From the IMG/VR virus record IMGVR_UViG_3300020037_002893: a stretch of DNA of 20,000 nucleotides. One strand, given 5' to 3'. Every line of letters begins with the position of its first letter. Position 1 is the first letter of the stretch. Made by a program: the position numbers and the translations under genes. This DNA comes from an uncultured virus (IMG/VR IMGVR_UViG_3300020037_002893) (Duplodnaviria > Heunggongvirae > Uroviricota > Caudoviricetes). This document shows, piece after piece, positions 1 to 7,004 of this stretch. The notes beneath the pieces were generated by a model. It did not search any database. It saw only the letters and a program-made list of their open reading frames with translations, and was not told the origin of the DNA.

Positions 1-274
1 TGTAGAGGACGAGGAAATTCCGTCCATCCCGAACGAAGTGCGCTCCGCACTCCGCCCAGATGTTCCCGAGAAACTCGGGGTCTGTGGCCACGCGGCCACG
101 GCGGACGATTGCCGAGGCGTATTGCTCGGCGATGCCGACCATTGCTTCGCGGTCGGCGTTGAGTGGGAATCTTTCAATTCCCATCCACTGCTCCGCTCTA
201 CCGCCCTTGTCGGGCTTGGCGGTGGTGAATTTGACGAGGGCGTCTTTGGTCAGTTCTTGTGGTTTCCTTTTCAT
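1..274 (-). CDS. Hypothetical protein, runs off the window edge (MKRKPQELTKDALVKF...FLVLY); second cargo gene of promoter cassette 1
   Basis: Manual translation: ATG at 274 in a CTAAGCC-ATG context, open for 91 codons to the edge. Absent from the ORF track because it has no stop in the window. Confidence 0.75.
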   Translation of the reverse strand, partial: MKRKPQELTKDALVKFTTAKPDKGGRAEQWMGIERFPLNADREAMVGIAEQYASAIVRRGRVATDPEFLGNIWAECGAHFVRDGRNFLVLY

Positions 275-306
275 GGCTTAGTTTTGTTGGTGGTAACTCT
301 CCTGGA

Positions 307-654
307 TCAGTCGCAAAATCTGCGGGATTGGTAGTCGGTCTTGGCTGGCTTGCCAGCGGGGTATGTCACGTATCCGTAGATCGCGCACTCAATCGCCCGA
401 TGGTTTTTGGTGTGAAGGAGGGAGACAACGCGCAGCCCGTCAAAGACGAGGGGATCGGTGTCGCCAGCGGCACGCTTGATCGCTTCGTTGGCCGCGTCCT
501 TGTTGGGGTAGATGGCCATTGCGACCCCATCTTGCGCGTCGGCGCACGCTTGCTTATAATCGCCCTTGTCGTCGATGACGCCAATCGGGCAGGTGGTGCC
601 CTGTTCGCGGGCGCTGGTAATGATGTAACCGTAGTTGGCTGGGAATGTTTGCAT
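307..654 (-). CDS. Hypothetical protein, 115 aa; first cargo gene of promoter cassette 1
   Basis: ATG about 45 nt downstream of the predicted transcription start, after an A/C-rich leader. No recognisable family. Confidence 0.75.
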   Translation of the reverse strand: MQTFPANYGYIITSAREQGTTCPIGVIDDKGDYKQACADAQDGVAMAIYPNKDAANEAIKRAAGDTDPLVFDGLRVVSLLHTKNHRAIECAIYGYVTYPAGKPAKTDYQSRRFCD

Positions 655-703
655 TGTCGTGGTGGTTTGGAGGTTGTGGGGTTGCTTTCTTCTTTACGTT
701 TGG

Positions 704-732
704 AGATTAACCCTTTTTTTGCTAATGGTAAA
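704..732 (-). promoter_or_regulatory. Sigma70-type promoter, cassette 1
   Basis: -35 TTTACC (732-727), 17-bp spacer, -10 TAATCT (709-704); same layout in all three cassette copies. Confidence 0.8.
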
Positions 733-882
733 GCTAAAAGATGATATTTCGTGAAAAAAGTCTGGGAACCCAGTAAAATAAAGGGTTCCAGCGTGTTGGT
801 TTTAACTCTTTTTTGGCTCAACTAAGCCTAAAAACCCTAGCAAAAACGGTTAAAATGGCCCTTTTTGGCCGTATGTGAGCAC

Positions 883-916
883 AAAAAAGCCCTTCCGGGT
901 GATGGAGGGGCTTTTT
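883..916. terminator. Bidirectional-type intrinsic terminator
   Basis: AAAAAA-GCCCTTCC-loop-GGAGGGGC-TTTTT. Confidence 0.9.
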
Positions 917-936
917 AACCTGAATGTTGGCTTACA

Positions 937-954
937 TTTGCAAACGTTTTCAAA
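937..954. promoter_or_regulatory. 18-bp near-palindrome, copy 1 (operator-like)
   Basis: TTTGCAAACGTTTTCAAA; six copies in the window. Confidence 0.8.
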
Positions 955-956
955 TC

Positions 957-1193
957 TCACTGCGTTCCAGGAACCGGAGGGGATGCTTTCTCAGGTGGTG
1001 GGGTAAACTGCGGATCGTCTGTCCAGGTGTCTGGACTAACTATGATCCTGACATTCACCTGTGCCCAGTCATCGAACTCCTGCACGGATCGAAAGTAAAG
1101 AGGCAGAGTCACTGTCTTGCGTGGGACGATGGAGCAGGAAGCGGTGGCAATCGCAAAGCTTACTAGGATAAGACAGGATAGGAGGGTTTTCAT
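957..1193 (-). CDS. Small Pro-rich lipoprotein, 78 aa (possible o-spanin-like)
   Basis: Start re-called to ATG 1193 (ATGA overlap with the upstream stop). Signal peptide MKTLLSCLILVSFAIATAS-C with lipobox; Pro-rich C-terminus. Confidence 0.7.
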   Translation of the reverse strand: MKTLLSCLILVSFAIATASCSIVPRKTVTLPLYFRSVQEFDDWAQVNVRIIVSPDTWTDDPQFTPPPEKASPPVPGTQ

Positions 1194-1564
1194 TCTGGCA
1201 GGTTCTTCGGTTGGGAGTGGACGGATACTTGAGCAGGCGACAGGCGCACCCAGAAGAGTCGAGTCAGACGGAAGTGCGTTGGAGAGAATCTCTCCACGAA
1301 GGGGGAAGTCCAGAAGCAATGAAAGTCTTCCTCCTTTGCTGGCCCTCCCTCTTCGGATTCCTCAAGGGAGCGGACGTGGATGTGCCTGCCGTCCCACTCG
1401 TCAAACGTCTCCGCTTGAATCAACAGATGGCAGGAGTTGCCCACGTCGAGCAGGTGCCGAAGGATGGCCTCTGCCAAGCGTTCAAACTCCCTGCACCCAA
1501 GAGAACCCGAAAAAGGATACTTGCGGCTCGTCTGGTATCCCAGGAAGTCAGATGGCTTGTTCAT
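1190..1564 (-). CDS. Hypothetical protein, 124 aa
   Basis: Packs tightly between neighbouring minus-strand genes; its stop overlaps the next ATG. Confidence 0.7.
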   Translation of the reverse strand: MNKPSDFLGYQTSRKYPFSGSLGCREFERLAEAILRHLLDVGNSCHLLIQAETFDEWDGRHIHVRSLEESEEGGPAKEEDFHCFWTSPFVERFSPTHFRLTRLFWVRLSPAQVSVHSQPKNLPE

Positions 1565-1573
1565 TCGAGCTGG

Positions 1574-1663
1574 CTATTTTTTCGATGGAAGATGCAAGGC
1601 TACGAAGCCAGTGATGATGGCGACAACAAGCAGGGCGAAGGATACCTCCAGAAAATATTTCAT
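1574..1663 (-). CDS. Single-pass membrane microprotein, 29 aa (MKYFLEVSFALLVVAIITGFVALHLPSKK)
   Basis: Manual translation; ATGA overlap with the upstream stop at 1660-1662; one hydrophobic helix with a basic tail; fills the intergenic gap. Confidence 0.7.
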   Translation of the reverse strand: MKYFLEVSFALLVVAIITGFVALHLPSKK

Positions 1664-2235
1664 GGCTTGAGTGCGATGGCAGTTTCAGAGTTGGTCTTGG
1701 CAAGAGCCACCTTCGTTCCCTCACGGGTGACAGTGACTCGCTCGTTGGCTCCCACCTTGGCAAGTCCGAGAGTCTCGTTGTGTCCTGCGATCTTGTCGGC
1801 CTTCCAAGCCCCGATTCCCTCCTTGAAGACGGCGCCGGTCACTACAGTTCTTACCACGCGCCAAGTCCACCCTCCGAGCGTGTCCGCCATCGTGGAGTGA
1901 TCCACGGTGCCCTGTATTTTGAGCTTACCCACCTCCAGCGCCGGAGGGGCCTGCACGTTCTCAACAGCGACCATCATATCCTTGTTGACGTATCCTCCCC
2001 CGAGTATGGGGAGGCCCCCGTTCGTGGCCGAGTTGGAGTCTCCGACATGGCTGGTAGTGACTCCGATGTTACCCATCGTCGAGAAGGCGATAGTCTGGTT
2101 GCCCGTATTGGGGTCGAACTCCTTATAGCTTGTGCATCCAGATAGCGCCATCAGCAGCCAGAGGAGCAAGCAACACAGGCAGATGAAGCGAATGTAAGCC
2201 CCCATGATCTTATCAGTTTGATCGCGTGAGTTCAT
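1660..2235 (-). CDS. Putative lipoprotein, about 191 aa
   Basis: Hydrophobic stretch FICLCCLLLWLLMA followed by lipobox LSG-C. Start placed at ATG 2235, just after the upstream stop; 2205 is an alternative. Confidence 0.75.
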   Translation of the reverse strand: MNSRDQTDKIMGAYIRFICLCCLLLWLLMALSGCTSYKEFDPNTGNQTIAFSTMGNIGVTTSHVGDSNSATNGGLPILGGGYVNKDMMVAVENVQAPPALEVGKLKIQGTVDHSTMADTLGGWTWRVVRTVVTGAVFKEGIGAWKADKIAGHNETLGLAKVGANERVTVTREGTKVALAKTNSETAIALKP

Positions 2236-2240
2236 CTTAT

Positions 2241-2477
2241 TTAGAGAGGTTTGGCGACCTGACACGCTTTTTCCTGCTCTACAGCCGTGAGATACACCTC
2301 TTCAAGGGCGCCGATTTTCCTTGCCTCCGCCATGACTAGGGCGGCGACCAGGTCTATCTTGGAGGAAAGCGTGTCTCGCTGCTCCTGTAAGGTTTTCATG
2401 TCCTCGATGATGGAATCCCTTGTAGTGTTAGCTGCTTTGAGGCAGGCTTCCAGTTCTTCAACTTCTCTTCGGTTCAT
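2241..2477 (-). CDS. Small coiled-coil protein, 78 aa
   Basis: Heptad-like L/I/E/K pattern; collinear with its neighbours. Confidence 0.75.
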   Translation of the reverse strand: MNRREVEELEACLKAANTTRDSIIEDMKTLQEQRDTLSSKIDLVAALVMAEARKIGALEEVYLTAVEQEKACQVAKPL

Positions 2478-2513
2478 AGCGTAGTTTCTTTCTCTCTTTG
2501 GTTACTCGTAAAG

Positions 2514-3179
2514 TCATTTCCCGTAGTGCCTGCGCACCGGGATGCAGGCTTCCCCTTGTTCTTTGAGGAGTCTGTCCATGTCCTTGAAGGACAGAAAGCA
2601 TTCACCTCTATCGCCCCAACCCCTGCCCCATGAATTGTGGAGCTTGAACATGCCCATGCGGTGATTGTATCCGATGCAGAGAATGGCGTGACCTCCGGCG
2701 AGCTTGCCAGTGGGGCGGATCAGTCCTCCGGCACTCGGCTCGAACATCCCCTCATACCAGTTGACTCCCAGCACAGCCGGACCCTGGTGCCCCACCGCCA
2801 AGGCAAGATCGTCCACGCCGAAGGCCCAGCGGTATTCTCCATACCAGCCTCGCTCCTTCCCCGCCTTGATGGCTCCAAGAACGGAGGAGCCTTCGTAGTC
2901 CTCCCCTGCCCATTCGTCGAAATACTGAGCACGGTGGTATATCTCCCTAGCCAAGTCGTTGGACACTCCGGCAACCATCACCGGACGCGCCGCCGCCTCA
3001 TGCGCCACGGCAAACCCCGTGCAAGCTCCCTCTCGTCCTTGGTCCAGCCATACCGGACATCCCCAAGTGTAGGAGCGGGGTTTCAATGGCACGGCCCCGG
3101 AGCGTAAGACAGCCGTGATAGGGTAATTGCGTGAGCGTTCGTCGAAACGGGTAACGCGGTCGAAGGTTCTGTCTTGCAT
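2514..3179 (-). CDS. Papain-like (C1 family) cysteine peptidase
   Basis: DQGREGACTGF (oxyanion Gln and catalytic Cys), GGHAI (His), HNSWG (Asn). Confidence 0.9.
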   Translation of the reverse strand: MQDRTFDRVTRFDERSRNYPITAVLRSGAVPLKPRSYTWGCPVWLDQGREGACTGFAVAHEAAARPVMVAGVSNDLAREIYHRAQYFDEWAGEDYEGSSVLGAIKAGKERGWYGEYRWAFGVDDLALAVGHQGPAVLGVNWYEGMFEPSAGGLIRPTGKLAGGHAILCIGYNHRMGMFKLHNSWGRGWGDRGECFLSFKDMDRLLKEQGEACIPVRRHYGK

Positions 3180-3193
3180 ACTGTTATTTTTTT

Positions 3194-3793
3194 TTAGTCA
3201 GCGTGAATGGGAATCTCCTGCCCTAAAGCCCCGCGAAGAAGGGACAGCCCATTCCTTCGCTCGCTAAAATCCCCAGGGGTGAACTCGTTGGGGGGAATGT
3301 CCGAGTCAATAAGTCCAATATGCTGGTAAGCTGCTGCGACAAGTTCCGAGCAGAAGATGGACGATAGATCCGGGTGGTTTCTCCCTCCAGGACCGTCATA
3401 CGCTGCCTTGAGCAGCTCCCTCTCATGTTGCTCGTATGGCCTTCCAACGAAGTCCTTCCTCAACTGCATGAGGCGTGACACGTCAATATCGGTGATGCCT
3501 GCCCCGAGCAGTTGGCGAACTACTACCTTCTTTGCTGAGCGTATGCTCTCGCTCAAGGGGACGACACGAACACCCTTTGTAGGAAGTCCCGTATCCATGT
3601 CAACAAGGGGGGACAACGTCGTGGATTCCCAGATTGATAGGAAATCATACTCCAGCCGCAGGACCATCCCGATGTGGGAGTATTCGGAACGGGTAAAGAA
3701 TTTTATGCTCGCACTGATGATCCCCCTCCCGGAGAAGAGGACAAGGTCGCCTGTGTTGAGCGTGGCGCGAATGTCTGAATAAAGCTTCTGCAT
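3194..3793 (-). CDS. Permuted papain-like amidase, YaeF/YiiX (C92) type
   Basis: GDLVLFSG, YSHIG (His first) and C-terminal FCSELVAAAY (Cys), the permuted NlpC/P60 order. Confidence 0.9.
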   Translation of the reverse strand: MQKLYSDIRATLNTGDLVLFSGRGIISASIKFFTRSEYSHIGMVLRLEYDFLSIWESTTLSPLVDMDTGLPTKGVRVVPLSESIRSAKKVVVRQLLGAGITDIDVSRLMQLRKDFVGRPYEQHERELLKAAYDGPGGRNHPDLSSIFCSELVAAAYQHIGLIDSDIPPNEFTPGDFSERRNGLSLLRGALGQEIPIHAD

Positions 3794-3816
3794 CGTGAGT
3801 GTTGTTGATACGAGTC

Positions 3817-3845
3817 AGCCGGAGAAGGTTCTGCCCTCTCCGGCT
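3817..3845. other. Intergenic hairpin
   Basis: AGCCGGAGA...TCTCCGGCT, 9-bp perfect stem; no U-tract on the minus strand. Confidence 0.5.
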
Positions 3846-3890
3846 TTCTCGTCCTTCGTGGCCTCACGATACCACGCTATGTCTCCCCCT

Positions 3891-4097
3891 TCAAACGGGA
3901 AGAATTTTCTTGCGGTAATACGCCTTCGAGTTGGCGTTCATCCTGTCCATGCAGGGCTGGCAGCGTGACAGGACTTTGACGACCACCGTCCCATCTTTGA
4001 GTGTCCGCTCTTTTGTTGCAAGGGGATTTCCTCCTTTGCAACATCCGCAGATTCCCTTGGCTCGATTGTTTCGTTGGTGCTTTGCTTGTGGGGTCAT
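3891..4097 (-). CDS. Small basic putative zinc-binding protein, 68 aa
   Basis: CGCC and CQPC pairs; TAGGCC-ATG start 8 nt after the palindrome. Confidence 0.7.
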   Translation of the reverse strand: MTPQAKHQRNNRAKGICGCCKGGNPLATKERTLKDGTVVVKVLSRCQPCMDRMNANSKAYYRKKILPV

Positions 4098-4105
4098 GGC
4101 CTACG

Positions 4106-4122
4106 TTTGCAAACGTTTTCAA
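4106..4122. promoter_or_regulatory. 18-bp near-palindrome, copy 2 (17 of 18 match)
   Basis: TTTGCAAACGTTTTCAA. Confidence 0.8.
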
Positions 4123-4212
4123 CCATTGACTTCCAGGGCACGGCACCCGATGATCTGACCTGCGTCGTTGCGGACGAGGTCGGCAGGAGAGCCGATGTCC
4201 TTCCGGTGCGGG
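4119..4212 (-). pseudogene. 3' remnant of a small phage gene (..PHRKDIGSPADLVRNDAGQIIGCRALEVNG*)
   Basis: Manual translation. It resembles, from memory, the C-terminal R.D...P..LVR...G.IIGCR motif of a widespread small phage hypothetical family. No matching N-terminus was seen. Confidence 0.55.
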
Positions 4213-4446
4213 TCACTTCGTTTCCGGCATAGGAAACAGTGCGGCTGTGTAGGTGCCGCCGGATAAGTCGGGGCGGATTGCTACCGGATGATCGGACGTA
4301 AGCCCGAGTTCTGCTGGGCTGTAGTTGGCATGTGCCATGCCTGGCGGGTTGATCCCAGTGGTGTCGGCGTGAATATCGACGGGCTGCCCGTAGAACGGGT
4401 ATCCAGTGTTTTTCGTGGCGGGAGTGTGGATGGTTCCTACTTTCAT
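4213..4446 (-). CDS. Hypothetical protein, 77 aa (MKVGTIHTPATKNTGYPFYG...); cargo of cassette 2
   Basis: Start re-called to ATG 4446 behind an A/C-rich leader and GAGG-A-rich spacer; the ORF track starts at 4527. Confidence 0.7.
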   Translation of the reverse strand: MKVGTIHTPATKNTGYPFYGQPVDIHADTTGINPPGMAHANYSPAELGLTSDHPVAIRPDLSGGTYTAALFPMPETK

Positions 4447-4483
4447 TTTCTTTTTCCTCAGTTGGTTGGGGGTTGGGTGATTC

Positions 4484-4564
4484 TCAAAGGGAGGAGGACA
4501 GGTCGCGGAGAGCGGCCAGTTTGCCATCGTTGATGGAACGCTTGGTGTTGTTGTTCTCTTGCAT
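4484..4564 (-). CDS. Putative leaderless 26-aa ORF (MQENNNTKRSINDGKLAALRDLSSSL)
   Basis: ATG lies 6 nt after the -10 hexamer, at the expected +1. Confidence 0.45.
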   Translation of the reverse strand: MQENNNTKRSINDGKLAALRDLSSSL

Positions 4565-4570
4565 GGTTGG

Positions 4571-4599
4571 AGATTAAGCCTTTTTTGGAAAAAGGTAAA
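4571..4599 (-). promoter_or_regulatory. Sigma70-type promoter, cassette 2
   Basis: TTTACC (4599-4594)-N17-TAATCT (4576-4571). Confidence 0.8.
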
Positions 4600-4739
4600 G
4601 CTAAAATGTGATTTTTCGTGAAAAAAGTCTCCAATCCCAGCAAAATCAAGGGTTCCAGAGCCTTCGTTTTAACTCTTTTTTGGCTCAACTAAGCCTAAAA
4701 ACCACAGCAAAAACGGTTAAAATGGCCAATTTTGGGCAT

Positions 4740-4773
4740 AAAAAAGCCCCTCCGGGGGTTGGAGGGGCTTTTT
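4740..4773. terminator. Bidirectional-type intrinsic terminator after the endolysin
   Basis: AAAAAA-GCCCCTCC-loop-GGAGGGGC-TTTTT. Confidence 0.9.
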
Positions 4774-4793
4774 AACTCGATTGTTGGCCCTTA

Positions 4794-5645
4794 TCAGGAG
4801 GCCGTGGCAAGAAGAGCACGCAGGACAAGTCCAGCTCCGGTCTGTTGGCTGACTGCATTCGGGGAGTATCTGCTGTCTGCGGTATATTTACCTTTGATGT
4901 AAGCCGTGGACCCGCTCCAGAGGTAGGGGCTTGGCTTGCCTCTGTTGCGATAGCCGAGGCCGTTGTATCTCTCCAGCTCGTCCAAGGCGATTGCGATCCA
5001 CTCGTCGCTTCCTTCCTTGTATGCTGTCCACGGGATCTTGTCCATCTCGTCATATTTCAATGCGTCGATGGCAGACTCAAGCCAAGTGTAGACCCTCCCG
5101 TTGGCTGGAGGAGCCTTCGGCCTGCCTCTTGGCACTTGCTTGGTTCGACTGGTCAAGGGATCTCCGTTATGAAGGTGCTTGCTCCACCAGCCATCCGCTT
5201 CGAGCTGATGAATGATGCCTACCAACTGCCAAGGAACGCCAGTGGCTCGCTGCACTTCCGCATATCGCTCACGAAAGGTGAGGATCTCATCACGCTCTGC
5301 CTCGACCCTCTTCTTCCACTCCGGCTTTACCTTGGCCGTCTGGTAGACTTTCAAGAGGGAGAGCTGGGCATCGTCCAAGGGGGACTCATCAAGCAGGGCT
5401 TCCAACTTGGGGTCCAGCTTGTATCCCAGGGCCGCTGGCAGGAGCAGGAGGAACTCTCTCGTCACTCCTTGTCCTACCTTGCCTATATACCCGAGCTGGA
5501 GCCACGCCGAGTCTACTGCGGATGCTGTATTCTTCCCGTAGTCTCCATCCACTTTCAGCGATTGAGCGAAGGCCGTGTTGAGCAGCTTCTGGAGTGCTTC
5601 CACCTCCGGTCCTTGGCTTCCTCTTTTCAACGGTAGTTTTTTCAT
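4794..5645 (-). CDS. Endolysin: N-terminal peptidoglycan-binding domain plus lysozyme-family catalytic domain
   Basis: LKRGSQGPEVEALQKLLN...VDGDYGKNTASAV (PG-binding). VPWQLVGIIHQLE, HLHNGDPL, LERYNGLGY and SPYLWSGS..Y.KGKY are lysozyme-family motifs. Confidence 0.9.
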   Translation of the reverse strand: MKKLPLKRGSQGPEVEALQKLLNTAFAQSLKVDGDYGKNTASAVDSAWLQLGYIGKVGQGVTREFLLLLPAALGYKLDPKLEALLDESPLDDAQLSLLKVYQTAKVKPEWKKRVEAERDEILTFRERYAEVQRATGVPWQLVGIIHQLEADGWWSKHLHNGDPLTSRTKQVPRGRPKAPPANGRVYTWLESAIDALKYDEMDKIPWTAYKEGSDEWIAIALDELERYNGLGYRNRGKPSPYLWSGSTAYIKGKYTADSRYSPNAVSQQTGAGLVLRALLATAS

Positions 5646-6109
5646 GGGGATTTCGTATGGTTAGGCGGTGATGATGGGTGAAGGAAGTCGGCAGGCATAG
5701 GATCAAGCATTCGTGCAACGGATGTATGCAGGGCAGCGGCATCGTTGCGTTCCCGCATGACCTCCCGCTCATCGTTCAAGGCTGACAGGGCTTCCCGAAT
5801 ATCCTTGAAGGACTCCTTGATCTCTCCAACGTATTCCTCGCCCACGTTCAGGGCAGCACTCCTGCGGAGCTTGAGCAGCAGACGACTGACCTTGTAAAGG
5901 AAGACGGAGCCTATGGCCGCAAGCGAAAGATACTTGCTGTCCACTGTGCTGTTCAGCTCCGTGATTAGGGCTGCGACAATCATCAGCACGGCCAGCCAAA
6001 ATTCCGAAGTGGTGAACCCCCTCGCGTCAGCCATGTTGTCGGCTGCGGTGGATTTCTTCCTTGGTGTTGGTCGTCTCTTCTGGGGGGTCCGCTTCTTCGT
6101 CGTAGCCAT
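5642..6109 (-). CDS. Putative holin, two TM helices
   Basis: Basic N-terminus, GFTTSEFWL followed by two hydrophobic segments; ATGA-coupled to the endolysin. Confidence 0.7.
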   Translation of the reverse strand: MATTKKRTPQKRRPTPRKKSTAADNMADARGFTTSEFWLAVLMIVAALITELNSTVDSKYLSLAAIGSVFLYKVSRLLLKLRRSAALNVGEEYVGEIKESFKDIREALSALNDEREVMRERNDAAALHTSVARMLDPMPADFLHPSSPPNHTKSP

Positions 6110-6136
6110 GGGTGCTGCTCTCTATGTTGTTCCTCG

Positions 6137-6154
6137 TTTGAAAACGTTTGCAAA
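6137..6154. promoter_or_regulatory. 18-bp near-palindrome, copy 3 (opposite orientation)
   Basis: TTTGAAAACGTTTGCAAA, just upstream of the holin start. Confidence 0.8.
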
Positions 6155-6196
6155 TTCCCTATATAATCTCCTTCAAGGAGATGTTACGCATAGCAC

Positions 6197-6487
6197 TCAT
6201 ACTGGAACGGCTTCAATGTCGAGATCAGGAGTTCCAGCGAAGGAAGTGAGAACGAAGGACACCGCACAGCCACCAATAAGATGAACAATCTTCCTGGTGG
6301 CCGTAGTCACTGCGGTAAGACCCTCGAAGGGAATCCCTCGTTGGCTTACTGCCACAGAGCCGTCCGTTGCGAAGGTAGCGCCACCGGAGGGATCAATCAA
6401 CAAGTGATAGTAACCTGTCTTGGATGGTGTCCACGTCTTTGTTCCGTTTTCTGAGAACGTGTCAATGAAAGTGAGTGAGTTCGCCAT
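6197..6487 (-). CDS. Small beta-rich hypothetical protein, 96 aa, possibly virion-associated
   Basis: T/G/S-rich composition; located between the tail fibre and lysis genes. Confidence 0.75.
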   Translation of the reverse strand: MANSLTFIDTFSENGTKTWTPSKTGYYHLLIDPSGGATFATDGSVAVSQRGIPFEGLTAVTTATRKIVHLIGGCAVSFVLTSFAGTPDLDIEAVPV

Positions 6488-6581
6488 AGTGAAAGTTTAC
6501 GGGAAAAACATGTTCGGTCAACATCTATGCTGGCCCGTGGCCTGGAATTTGATCTCGAAGTGGGTAGACATGGCGGCAATG

Positions 6582-7004
6582 TTAGTCTTTCAGGGCGGCG
6601 AAAGCGGATGCAAATTGCTGCTTAACCTGGGCAAAGGCGCTCGCCTGCTCAGTCGTGTAGCCGCTTGGCGGGACGGCATAGCGGATCATCGCTGAGGCGG
6701 CTTCATCGTCCCCGGCGTCAAGCAAGGCATTCGCGGCGGCGAATAGCGGTTGGAACGGACCTCGAATTCACGCCGGGAGCCCGTCCCATTGTTCGCGCAT
6801 CGCGGCGCGTTTGGTTGTCCTCAACAAGGCCCTTGCATTTTGCTCCTCGATCTCAGCAAACCATGCTAGAATTTGTGCCGCACTAGGGATCGGCCTCGGA
6901 TCTCGCCAAGTTTGCCGGAGCATGGCGTAGTCCGCGCAGTTGCCCTAGTCTGCTCCTGACATCCCGTGGTCTAATCCAAGTGAAAGCTTGTCTTGTGTTG
7001 TCAT
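6582..7004 (-). pseudogene. Tail-fibre-coupled gene (putative fibre chaperone), 140 codons, interrupted by TAG (6945-6947) and TGA (6768-6770)
   Basis: ATGA overlap with the fibre stop. One frame with no frameshift: MTTQDKLSLGLDHGMSGAD*GNCADYAMLRQTWRDPRPIPSAAQILAWFAE...QWDGLPA*IRGPFQPLF...FAALKD-TAA. Confidence 0.8.

Larger units (their letters stand above)
701..954 (-). repeat. Dispersed terminator-promoter cassette, copy 1 (includes an 18-bp palindrome)
   Basis: Gap-free hand alignment of 701-821 to 4568-4688 (18 differences in 121 nt) and to 11486-11606 (23 differences). Similarity continues through the terminator. Confidence 0.95.
4568..4790 (-). repeat. Dispersed terminator-promoter cassette, copy 2
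   Basis: Aligns to copies 1 and 3; lacks the upstream palindrome. Confidence 0.95.

Noticed and set aside
366..821. ORFs beginning MSQKRVKT (366-821 and 4458-4688; the frame is also open in copy 3) as a conserved peptide family
   Set aside because: They run through the promoter repeat, start with TTG and have unrelated ends. Copy 1 vs 2 differences do favour third positions (12 of 18), but copy 1 vs 3 shows no bias (9/7/7), so conservation is better explained at the DNA level. Worth retesting with more copies.
799..856. Integron attC-like site (TTTTAAC...GTTAAAA)
   Set aside because: Does not fit RYYYAAC/GTTRRRY, lacks clear L boxes, and no integrase is visible.
6582..7004. Alternative genetic code or Sec/Pyl insertion
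   Set aside because: TAG and TGA end neighbouring tightly packed genes, the long genes are uninterrupted, and no convincing SECIS or tRNA is seen.
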